A stretch of 59,145 bases of DNA from assembly GCA_003344405.1 (NCBI GenBank), contig NOWV01000299.1:1-59145 (forward strand). The letters are read 5' to 3'. Every line of letters starts with the position of its first letter. Within the stretch, counting starts at the first letter, position 1. Origin of the DNA: Trichoplax sp. H2. Lineage: Eukaryota. Positions 1 through 12,600 of this stretch are shown here, piece after piece. A program made the position numbers and the translations under genes. The notes under the pieces are model-generated. The model saw nothing but the letters and a program-made list of their open reading frames with translations. It had not been told where the DNA came from and searched no databases.

Positions 1-491
1 GGTAGTTATCCTAAGAGATATTTGGTAGCTATAACTATAGATTGTAGTGGTAGAGACTCTATGCTAGAGTACAGATGACTATATACAGTAAGCTGTTGAG
101 TTACTAATAAGGCTATAGGTAAAAATAGAACTGTAAATCATATATTAGGATATGGTTAATTCACTGTACTTTGGCTGGTGTGAATAATGTCTACGTAAGT
201 ACTGTAGTCGTATCCATATTGGATTAATGATGGTCCGCAGTAGAATAGCCTTACTAAGAATAATTTAACTATGTGTAAAATAAGGTAAAAGGTTGCCATG
301 CGGATTGTAGCTGCGAATGCTACGGAAAGTATAACAGCATGCAACTTTAGATTATTCTGCTAGTTCGTTGTAGAAGTCTTTAGTAGTAGTATTCGGCTAG
401 AGTAGAGCTGTGTGTAGTTAATCTTTGTATAAGATTCAATAAAGCCCTTATTTTTCTAAAATTTGGAATCTCGTGATTGGTACATATCACA
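1..491 (+). mobile_element. Solo-LTR-like element family A, copy 1 (truncated by window start)
   Basis: Near-identical to 8745-9238; ends ...ATATCACA. Confidence 0.85.
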
Positions 492-2638
492 GGGTTGTAA
501 AACCAACGATTTTGGACTCAATTTATCAGTGCCGGTTCGGTAAATTAGCATCCCCATAGTCAAAAGACCTTCATGTGTTTTGCTGTACATTAATTTCGGA
601 ATTTTAAGAGAAAAGATACAGTGCATAACCGTATGTATTCTTATTTATTTAAAACCAATCGGTATACTATAGATTGTGTGGGTATTACATTTATATAGCA
701 TGTTTCGGACTCATTTACCTTAGAAAATGCTATAGCTTTACAGTTACCGTAACTTATCAAATATAGTCATTATAATATATATACATAAGATTGCTTAACA
801 CCTCATTATGAAAGTGCCTACTTATAATTACAATCCCTTTTTAAACTAGCGAAATGTGGTAACTATTTAAAGTCAGATTTATTTACATTGGAGAATCCTG
901 CAAATTTACTGGTTTATTTATTGTGCTTAATGATTTTTGGTTTATCCCATTGCTATTCATAAATCATAATTGGTCATAGAGTGCAATCCAGTAAACTATC
1001 TAGTTATACAAAAATTAAATTTAGACGTATAAAAGCTATAGACAGCAATTATGCTAATGAATAAATAGATTTAATTAATAACATTTTTTCATATTAACAA
1101 AGTCCGATTCACTGTACGGTGTGTCTTACATTCGAAAACTGCTTTCAACAAGCAGTACAAACATGGTTCGAGCCAAACTATCAGTATTTCAATGTGTCGT
1201 CTTCGTAATTGTTGCTGACTTTATACCAGTGTTAAGCAATTATTCTTCAATTTTCGCCTGTGGTATCTGCTACTTGGCTTTTAATAAGAGGCTTAGTAAC
1301 ATTCACAATATCCGCCAGCTGGCTAGAAAAGCGATCTTGCATAGTTGCCTCATTGATGATTGGATGGACTTAACAGTGCAAATACTAGATTTATTCAATA
1401 TACAAATTAAATGTTATCACATTTATTATCAATTTTTATTTCGTTAGGCATACCATGTGCTATTTTACCGAGCACTTCTTTGGCTGAAAATGATTATGGC
1501 CATACCAAGGTATCAGTTGCTGGTTTAAACTTGTTCTTAAGCACAAAGTTATGAGGCAAGGAGATAGTATAAAATGGGTATTCTTTATCCTCATCGATCT
1601 ACCAAAACTACTTCATAACTTGATATAAAATGGAATTTCTGTTCTAGTTTTTATCTCTGCACTGATATAATCGGTACTAGTCTGCCTCTTATCCTTCGGA
1701 CAATATTTTGATCAATAAATTTATTATTCTACTATACTGTTAGCTATTTAGCTTAACTCAGCACCATACATCGAATCTGCTACTCAAATCACATTTTATT
1801 TATTGCAATCCTCTTTACAGTATCGAGATTGTTCTTAATCGTTTGATAAATAAATTAATAGTTTCAGAAACAATAACTCTATAGCACCTCCGAAAATCTG
1901 TTAATAAACAAAGTAATTGTATATTAATTAATATTTTTCAACAGTCACAACAGTACATATTCATAATCATTAATATAATTATGCACAGTATACTTTTATA
2001 AATTAATTAGTAAATTTTACGCTTTGAGTTCGCTATTATCACACCTGGTAACTATCTATTCCCGACTATGGAATTCCTGTTACAGTTATTATAAGTGTAA
2101 GTTGGAAGTATATTGGTATAACTACTAAATTATTATTATTATCCGGACTAAAATATGGGTATAATTTTATCACTTTACTAATTGAAATAACTAGATGAAT
2201 CCAATCATAATGATCCTAGCGTTTCAAGATCGTCAAATAAAATTAATTGATTTATTAAAATATTATCTTCTGGTATATGGAGTGAAATGTGTACCGCAGA
2301 TCACAAATAACCAGTCAACTAAAATATCAGCCATGAGTTATTGGTAATAGATAATCTGAATAAGGAATAGTAATAATATAAATTACATAAGAAACTAAAT
2401 ATAAGTTTGGCTACTTGTGTAGTAAGTTCACCTTACTGCAATTGCTTAATATTCTTTTACTGTTACATGTTTATCCTATATAAATTGATGTCTGCCATAC
2501 TACAATGGCAATTAATCTATCCATATCTCTACAAAAATTTAGTAACTTAATTAATTAAGTCTTTACATTAGTAAGTGATTATGTTATCAACAAATCAATC
2601 ATAGAACGGTACAGAAACTTCGTTTCTTAGTTCATTAT

Positions 2639-3859
2639 ATTCGATAAGAACTTAATTGAAGATACACCCATTCATGTTCATTCGGTTCCATAAGAATTAT
2701 AAGCAATAACTTTGTTCCTTAAATTTATGCTACTTGTTAGCGTATATTATAATTAACAGGAGTTGCGTATTAAATGGAATGAAATTGAATTTGTGCCACA
2801 GGTAAAATTGTTTAAAGTGAATCATTCATAAATTTCCTGATTCGATTAATAAGCTGATTAAAATTCCATGCTAATATATATACAGAGCTGATCGAAGGGC
2901 TCTAGATCGCACATGACGAAGCTAAGACGCTGTCATTTTGATATNNNNNNNNNNNNNNNNNNNNCAATAAGTCAATTCCTTGAACCACGTATCAAGGAAC
3001 GATATCTGCACTATCACAAACACTTTTGCTCTACTAGCAGACTACATAAAGACTTAAACGCCTCGTTTTTTACGTTAAACACTAAGTTGGACAATTCTTC
3101 TTTATTTCACGATATACTACATTTATATACTATTCCTCAATAGTTCATGAGTTATAGTTAATACAATTAACATTAGAATCATTTACTGAATTAGATATTA
3201 ATTTTAGCTACTGCTCCCTTAATGCAGACAACAGTATTTACGAACATAGACATATAATGACTAATACAGAATAGTCAGATTACGATATGTCCTATCACGG
3301 AACATTTCCATGATAATTTACAGTCTACTATAAGTAAATTACAATCACAATGATTCGAACTGTAAGCAGATGATTTGCATTCCCTATTAGAACTATTAAT
3401 TTCAGTATGTGTATAAGTGTCACTGTCATAAAAAGTCAGTGCTATATTAAAATACAGTATATCCAAATTAGAAGTTAACTAAATAAGGATAGTCTAATAG
3501 AATTATCCTAACATTGATATTTCTACTGTAATACAGTATATAACACTGTAACAATTCGATAAGAACTTAATTGAAGATACACCCTTTCATGTTCATTCGG
3601 TTCTATAGGAATTATAAGCAATAACTTTGTTCCTTAAATTTATGCTACTTGTTAGCGTATATTATAATTAACAGGAGTTGCGTATTAAATGGAATGAAAT
3701 TGAATTTGTGCCACAGGTAAAATTATTTGAAGTGAATCATTCATAAATTTCCTGATTCGATTAATAAGCTGATTAAAATTCCATGCATATATATATACAG
3801 AGCTGATCGAAGGGCTCTAGATCGCACATGACGAAGCTAAGACGCTGTCATTTTGATAT
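2639..3859. other. Duplicated 306-bp flank (2639-2944 vs 3554-3859) around gap 2945-2964; probably two haplotypes
   Basis: The two copies differ by a few substitutions; only the second is preceded by the family B element. Confidence 0.8.
2965..3553 (-). mobile_element. Solo-LTR-like element family B, inverted copy truncated by gap
   Basis: Reverse complement of most of 27933-28520; ends CACTGTAACA at 3553. Confidence 0.85.
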
Positions 3860-6643
3860 CTTATTCGTTTTATTTGATAATACAACAAATAGATTTTCAA
3901 GAAGTTTTACGTAAACCGAAAACAGCTGCTACAACGTAATCAGAGCAGATGTTGTTTGTAAATATCAATACCTTTCTTAAACGACAATTAATTCAAAAGC
4001 TTCTATTAAGTTTGGCTATTGCTACTAATTAATGAATTCTTAGCAGATAAATAATTAAAACATTTACGCATTCTACTACTGCTATACTTTGTATCAGAAA
4101 TAATTTAATACCTATATAATTAAGAATAAACAAGATATGATTTAGCCATAAAATAAAATTTCTTTGACATTTATACGTAAATGAAGGTCTTTGTAAAATC
4201 AATAGGTAGTTCGGTATTGAATGTAGTCGCGTCTCTTTATTTACTTATTATGCTGATATAGGAAATATATTTTATGCATTTATTAAATCTGCAATAAAAT
4301 AAAATGATACACTGATTCATTACCATTATCAAAATATTATTAAAGGTTGCCAATGGTTAGCACAAACTTGGTGAGAAGAAATTTTGTATTTCTATTTATT
4401 TTACGTCTACATGATACATTAAAAAAATTTTTTAATCGGATAAGTTGATCCATGCCCATTAGAAATCCTAATAGAAGGCAACATAAATTCAATATTTAAT
4501 AAATTTTTAAAATTTTGCTAAGTTTACATCTGGTAGCTATAAACTTTTCAATTATCTAACTTGAAAAATCTGTTTACTCGATATCTTAACAGATTATGAA
4601 ATAAAAGCCTCTAAATATGTTAGATTGTAGATATCAATCGGTAAGTAACTTTGGAAAATATCTATATACATTAACCAAAACTAAACAATATCTTGTATGC
4701 TAGATCATTCTAAATAATATACGAGCGAATGAGTAGTATTTTTGATCATTTCAGTTTACACCTATTATGAGCTGCATAACATCGGTAATAATCCTTGGCA
4801 ATATCTTTTGGCATATCTAACGCTATCTTTATTTGAATAGTACTGTACTGTTATTATGCGACATAATTTTGGAATGCTAAGCATCAATGATGTTAATATT
4901 ACGAAATAGCAGAGTTAAAAGATATAGACAAATTAACGTTGTCAAATAGGAACGAAATATAGCTATTACGGATCGATGCATGACTATACGATTAGTGATA
5001 TTCCAGCGTTATAAACATAATTTGTTTTGCCTCGGAATGAAAGAGACAATAAAATATCCATCAACGCCTTAACCAAGATTACTTAGTCTTGCTACCACAA
5101 ATAAATATAGATCCATATAGTTGATTTGGTACAGAAAATTTTATTTTGAGCGTAAACTTAGTCCAACAGTTATATCATTTGCGGGACATTTTCGATAGTA
5201 AATTAGTTGCATTACGAAGATTAAGGATTGATAACTATAATCAAAGACTGAAGCAATCGAATGTTATTGGTTCTTACGAGCTCAAGGAAATCATTTTCAT
5301 TTAGCAAAATGTTAATTTGGTTCTAGCATCGTAAATACAATAATATTGATCATATAAGATAAATGACTTAAACTTTACTGCAATATTTTCCTAAGCAATC
5401 TATCATCTTGAAATCTAAATAAAAGCAAATTATTTTGATTGTAAATATATCATAATGGAAATTATTTATTTATATAGTAAAGCGTAGCATAAATTAATGC
5501 CGTACTTACCTAGCGTACGTTTAAAATTGCGCTAACAAACATCCTCGCAGAATAGACGTATAAAAGATACCAATTGAATTCTCACGAGATTCTCAAGTGT
5601 ACCTTATTCATTAGCTCTTGTTTTCGATCCCACTACATCTGTATATCTATAATACAGAAACAGCGTCCAAGAATATCCTTCACTTGGCTTACACATGGTT
5701 TATCAATTTACCCATATTTTAAAATTAGTACCGTATCTAATGTTAATGAGAACGAAAGCAGTTAAAAGGTATATGCTAATTGAATCCATTTAATTTCGAT
5801 ATTCTACCAACGACGTTGATTTCTATGCGTGCTTCCATTTTAATTTTAAAAATCTTAATAATGGATTTATTTAAAAATCATTTTTATATCTATAACATAA
5901 GGAAGGAATAGACCATTATTCATATATTTTATTTTATTATCTTACAATTTAAATATACTGGCTTTCTAATAGTGCCCTTAATCTAAAATTACACATGCCA
6001 TAAAATCAATGAGAATATATTTTTTTAGCAACGGATTAAAGAAGTAGTTACATTGAAACATTTTATTTCTATTTAATGTTGATGTATTTCATATATATAT
6101 ATAAATTTCTAAGATTGCTTTTTTCTTGGATTACTATGAGATCTATAAGAAGACATGAAAAAAAACTTAATGATGCTCTTTATATTATGGAGTTTGTTTT
6201 TGCCTTTATAAAGATAAATTTCCATTTCCCTCTATGTCTTTATTAGTCACGTAATTAATTGCTTATACTTGCAACTCACGAACTTATTCCTTAATGATTA
6301 ATATTTTTTAAAATAATTAGCCGTCGTAACGAAATTAGTAAACAAAGCGATAGAGATCATAACCTACAAAAATGCAAACTAAGTAACATGTGAAGCGATA
6401 TAAACTGATATTTCTCATTTAACAACAGCAAAATCGAAAAATTTTTTAAAGATTTTTACAGAAATAAGAGACTATTGATATAAAATATCATCATTATGAA
6501 CATATTGCTAACGACTAACATTATTTGATTCAATCAAGTATGAAGAATGTTAATAAAATAATTAAATTAATATTTATCATTATTTACATCTACTAAGGAA
6601 TCTAATCGTTCTATTACAGATTTTCACTCATCCATTAATTTTA

Positions 6644-9600
6644 ATGGGTAGCTGTATTTTATTCTTGGCCATAATTACTTGCAAGCAGGTATCAACAGCA
6701 GGTACAGTTTAATTTCAAACTTGAAGTGAGTTTAAGTTTTCCATTAATAAATATCTCAAAATTAATAGAATATGGCTTTGTATTACAGTAATGATGAAAT
6801 TAGGCCAGGCTTATTGGTTTTTTTCAGTACAGCATCAAAATTTACGAAATAGTTTTGCAAAGATTCGACGCTTTGCCTTTTTTAGCCTCGAGCATGTGAA
6901 TAATTGACTATAACTGAAAAAAAATGTTTACAAAGAAAGGTTATAGTACATCCATTTTCTAGACAAAACTTCTAATATCGGCAGCGATATAAAGTTATCT
7001 AATAATTAGTTGGAAAATATACCTATACATCAATTAATAACACTGGAATAATATTCATAGTAATCTAAACGTTGTTAGATAACAATAGGCTATTTTATTA
7101 CGTTTGTTGGGCGATCAGTGTCAAGACCAGAGATTGAGGAACTAAACTATAATAAGTAAAAACTTGGTTTATATACAACGATATTATGCATTAGTGATTC
7201 ACACTATACATTGCATATTACACATTACTAATGATTTTATTAGATAAGGTTGATGACATTAACACAATTAAGATAAGGTCTCTGTACTGATATAAATCCT
7301 TCTGTATTGATGTGAGTAACTCTTCTTATCAATTAATGTTATAAATACATAAAATTAGATCCCCAAAAATTGAAATTTAAGTGTATACTAGTAGCAACAG
7401 TGCATAGCTTTGTATTTACTTTATGATTTTGAGGTTGGTTAATTATATAAATTCTTTCTATTACCCTTAATGACTATTTCATTCATATTCTAAAGGCAAG
7501 AGTAAAATTTTAATATCTTATTTAGCTCCTATGTATCATTGGATACTGTTCCTGTTCTCTATATACGATGACACTTGAATAAGATTAAAATCTATATTCC
7601 TTCCTATATATGTATATGAATCCGGTTAATTCAAGTAAACATTACTATACGCCATACGCTAAAGACTCCATTCTTTCTCTTTGTAGACGACCTATGGTAC
7701 AGTCATAACTCCAAACGTTATTTCTTTAGCCAGACTACTCTAACATTCCAAGCTGCTGTCAATTACTGTCGAGATACCTACGGCGGTAGTTTACTTGAAA
7801 TCAGTGGACATAATGAAAATACTGTTATAAGAAATATGCTGATCTCAGAAAATGCTCCATCAGCGATATTCTGGATTGGAATACAAGATTCTAGTGGTAT
7901 TTTTGCCAATGCTGTATGGCATCATAGCAATGCGAGCGTTGGTGATTGGAATCTATGGTATCAGGATATCGTTGTTGATCCATCAAAGTTATGTACTGGA
8001 GGTTTCGAGATATTTGGTACATTTGTCTGGAAGAATTTGAGATGTTCTGATCCTTACCGATTCATTTGCCAAATAGGTTTGTTGAATTTGATTTTTTAAA
8101 GCCAACAGTTTAATTTATTTCTTTAGTGCTTTAACAGATTGGCAAATTGCCCTAGCATTATTTATTTCAAAGGTTGTTTGATTAAAAGATACTAAAGATT
8201 TCAATGCATTGAATTTCATGTTTCTTACTTGGGTAATATGTACAATACGTTTATATATAAAATGCGTAATGTTTATAGTCTTATAGTCTTCATTAATTGA
8301 ACTTCACATTACAATTATAACAATATTTTTTTAGTAGTGATATGCTTTAGTAGTAGCTTAAATTTAGATAATGCTAACAATTAAGCATATTATAAATTTG
8401 AAACAGTAATTTGTGTTGTTTGGCTATATAAATTCACGAGTATTATTCCATTTCAATCTATCTGGACATATCGTGATCAAGCATTTGCTATTTTAAATCT
8501 ACAAATACATCATAGGTGCCAGTTGTAGTGAAAAATAGGATTTACTAGAGGATAAAATATACGAGTATTACGATATAAGCCCTTTATGGAGTGTTATTTT
8601 GCTTAGATTAGTTTCAGTCTAGATCTCCAAGAGTCTTTGTAGTTACTGTCCTGCCTTAATAGTAAGTTTAATAAAGGTATATCCTGTTGTAATATAACTA
8701 GTATTGTGATTGTAGGCTGTTAGCCATGTTTAGTATAATGTACGGTAGATATTTATCCTAAGAGATATTTGGTAGCTATAACTATAGACTGTAGTGGTAG
8801 AGACTCTATGCTAGAGTACAGGTGACTATATACAGTAAGGTGGTGAGTTACTAATAAGGCTATAGGTAAAAATAGAACTGTAAATCATATATTAGGATAT
8901 GGTTAATTCACTGTACTTTGGCTGGTGTGAATAATGTCTACATAAGTACTGTAGTCGTATCCATATTGGATTAATGATGGTCCGCAGTGGAATAGTCTTA
9001 CTAAGAATAATTTAACTATGTGTAAAATAAGGTAAAAGGTTGCCATGCGGATTGTAGCTGCGAATGCTACGGAAAGTATAACAGCATGCAACTTTAGATT
9101 ATTCTGTTAGTTCGTTGTAGAAGTCTTTAGTAGTAGTATTCGGCTAGAGTAGAACTGTGTGTAGTTAATCTTTGTATAAGATTGAATAAAGCCCTTATTT
9201 TTCTAAAATTTGGAATCTCGTGATTGGTATATATCACACCTGTTCTTGGTGCATCATATTTAAATTATCGAGCTTAGATAAAGGTAGCCAGCACTTTCAC
9301 ATTATAAAACGTGCGAAATGTTAATTATTACTGGCTATCGTTATTTCAAAGGCCATTGATACCCATCAGACACTTTGCGAAAAACTCTTGTCTAATCTTT
9401 TAGATAAAAGTATATTTTATCAATATCGTGTAAAAATGTATAGGTAACACGATTAACCTGGATTCTTATTAATCATAAACTGCGATCTAATCGAGCATAT
9501 TAATTTCAGAAAATAATGTCGTTATGCTTATTTTTAGATTTAAATACAACAACATCGAATTTCATATTAGCTTCCTATCTCTTTGCTAGCTACCCGCGAC

Positions 9601-12600
9601 CTCCGCGTAAGCGTTTAGTTGGATAATTTATATTTTATCGCTTATGAACGTTAGCAATACTAATATAAATAAATCAGCTAATTTTATTAAATGATCTCAT
9701 TCTAATATATTAGATGAAAATGTTTGCAAAGCACCAAATATCGTATTTAATAATACTTGCTTAAGTCCTCATAATACTTTACTGCCGTTTAATTTATCAA
9801 TTAATTACTGCAAAGCCATTGGTAAACGCTTACTTCAAGTAGAATCTCAAGCGAAATCACAAGTTTTAAATTCAATAATATCCTCAACTATGGAAGTCTG
9901 GATAGGACTACGTAGTCATTTATCTAAAAGTGTTAGTAAGAAAGATTTTACATGGTTGTATGATGATCCTAATCTGCTTGCATCTAACTTTACTGCTTGG
10001 GAAAAATTTACTCCTATTACTATAAATAATCCAATATCGGGTAAATGTGCTACGATAAAGAGGGATTCATTGCTATGGAAAAACAGACCTTGCCAATCCT
10101 TTTATCCATTTATTTGTCAGCAAGGTACTGTAATATTTGAAAAGTTATTCAACTTCTTGTGCATTGCTTACGATCACTGATATGCTTGATTTCTAATAGA
10201 AATGACTTGTCCAGCTGGTTGGTTGCAATTTAGAGATAGCTGCTATCAAGTTATGAATCCATACGGTGTTGGTACATACTGGCTTGGAGCTTTTTTATCT
10301 TGCAAGTTTTCTTATTCTAGCGGTTTAGCAATCATTGCCAGTAAAGACGAAATGAAATTTATCGAAAGCGTAGCTTTATCACTCAATCGCCCACTATGGA
10401 TTGCTATGAAAGCTGATGGAAAAGGGCTTCGATGGAATAGTAAAGAGAACATTACTAACCACTACCAGATACCACCAAATGCGTATTGTATGTTAGTGAA
10501 ACCTACTGGAAATCGAGTCACTTGGGAATTTTCTTCTTGTAGCACTGGGATCGGTGCTTATCCATTGTGTCAAAAAGGTACATTAGCCAAGGGAATAACT
10601 GATAACTTATAAAAAGACATAGAATTAATGCGCTAGATCATTAATCTTCCAAAAGTAATTTAAACTAACATTTCTTTTATTCTGATTAGCTGCAACACCT
10701 ATTACTTTAAATAATTCTGAGGTAATCTATCGGATATTTATATGGAATGGTTTAAAGTATCATAATTGTTTGAGAAAATATTTATATTTAATCATTTTAT
10801 TTACAAGCATACCCGAATTAAATTATTGCAGACAAGTTTAAGTAGCTTCCAGTTTCTAAAATTCTAGCGATTAACTAATACTACACGATTTAAGCAGGTT
10901 CAATTAGTCAAATATAGCTACAAATAAGCAGTAAAACCATGCTGTATTCAAGCAAGAAGTCCTTCTTTTTCTTTATTTGATAAATTAAAATTTATGATTA
11001 CTTAATTTGTCACGGTACCCTAAAGCGACTTTTAATAAGCATAAATAATTTCAGGATATTATTTCCAGTAACTTCTTATAAAAAATGAAGTAATAACTCA
11101 GCAATTACCGTTACTAGATTATCGAATATTTATTTACTGACACACTATCATAAATCTTTTCTTCTCTAAGTTCGATGCAAAAATCACCTTGACTTAGTGC
11201 AGCCAGGTTCGCTATGCTATATTGATTGATGTATCTACCGTCTTTATAGGGTTTGACCACAGCTGCTATTGTTGACTCCATCGGGAAGGATATTTTCCGT
11301 AAGTATTATGAATTCTTATGACAAACTACAATAATATAAACTGCAATCTTCATTTCTAAATATATACACAACTTTGATTAGCTACTTGTCCAGATAATTG
11401 GTTACTATATAGAAACTATTGCTACTACCTTGAAACTACGACTGGCAATTACTTACAAGGAAAAAATCGATGTAAGAATAATTTGGAAGCCTATCCAGCA
11501 ATTATTAATGACGCCGAGAAGGAAATGATAATAAGATCTATTCTTGGCATCGATGATGAGGTATGGATAGGATTAGAAGGTACATCGAACAACTTCACGT
11601 GGTACGAGAATTTGGCAAGCATCAACTATACCAATTTAGTTGCTCATGCCTGTTATCCAGAAAATTCATGTAATTGTACGGTGTTAAAAAAATCAAATGA
11701 ATTTTAAAGCTCTTGGTATGTTCGAGACTGCAATCTTAATGCTTCTATTCTTTGCCAAAGGAGTAAGTAACACCTATTTTATTTACTTTTTAAAATTTCA
11801 TACAAATTTTATCGTTTATGGTAACAAGTAGATGTTGCATGTCACTTCTTAAGACCTTGCTTTAACTATTACTGTACTATGCTGCTAATAGAAATTTGTA
11901 ACGAGAAAAATAAACCACGTCTAAAGCATAACTCTAAATACCGACGATTCCTTATCGTCGAGAGATCACAGTAACCAGCAAGTGTCTCCCAGATAATACT
12001 GTAAATCTTAACTGCTTCATTTTTAAATCATTTAATTTATAGTCACATAAACATTAATTAAAGCACATAGATATTATCAAGTATCCAGTTATCTAGTAAA
12101 GCATGCAAGATATCATAAATAATTCCATATCAGTAAGTTCCTGTTTAAGTTATCATATGAAATTGATCTAACAGCTATTGTACGCCTATAAAGCTACTCC
12201 GTAACAATGATCGCTATCCTTGGCTAGATTGAATAAATAAACTGAAGTACAGATTAATAGTAGTATAATAAGATACTCTTGGTAGATACTAAATATCTAA
12301 TTATTCAAATATATAGTTATCATGTAAACTAAATACTATTTTTGAATCTTGAACTTTTGATATAGGTGCCATCGGATATACGTCTGAATTGATTCAAAAT
12401 TTTAGCAAATTTAGTGAGTTCCAACCAAGCTGTTATTAAGCTACAGTATCAAATCAATTTTGCAGATAGAATGCGTTGTGGAAGTGCATAATTAATTGTA
12501 GTAAATTTTCATTTTCAGTTCTCTTTAATTTATAGAAAATCGCACATTACTATATTTGCGAAGTACCAGTAATGCATACTTTATAGTTGTCGCAATCCAA

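Noticed and set aside
156..344. Repeated 62-aa ORF MHAVILSV... (also 8903-9091 and 40935-41123)
   Set aside because: Lies inside family A, has a non-ATG start and no recognisable domain, and is partly deleted in copy 3.
1121..1447. 108-aa ORF
   Set aside because: GTG start, no recognisable motif or splice partners; the opposite strand has several stops.
11705..11707. Alternative genetic code or selenocysteine explanation for the stop
   Set aside because: The codon is TAA, not TGA, and TAA terminates gene 1, gene 2 and LAMTOR3 in my models.
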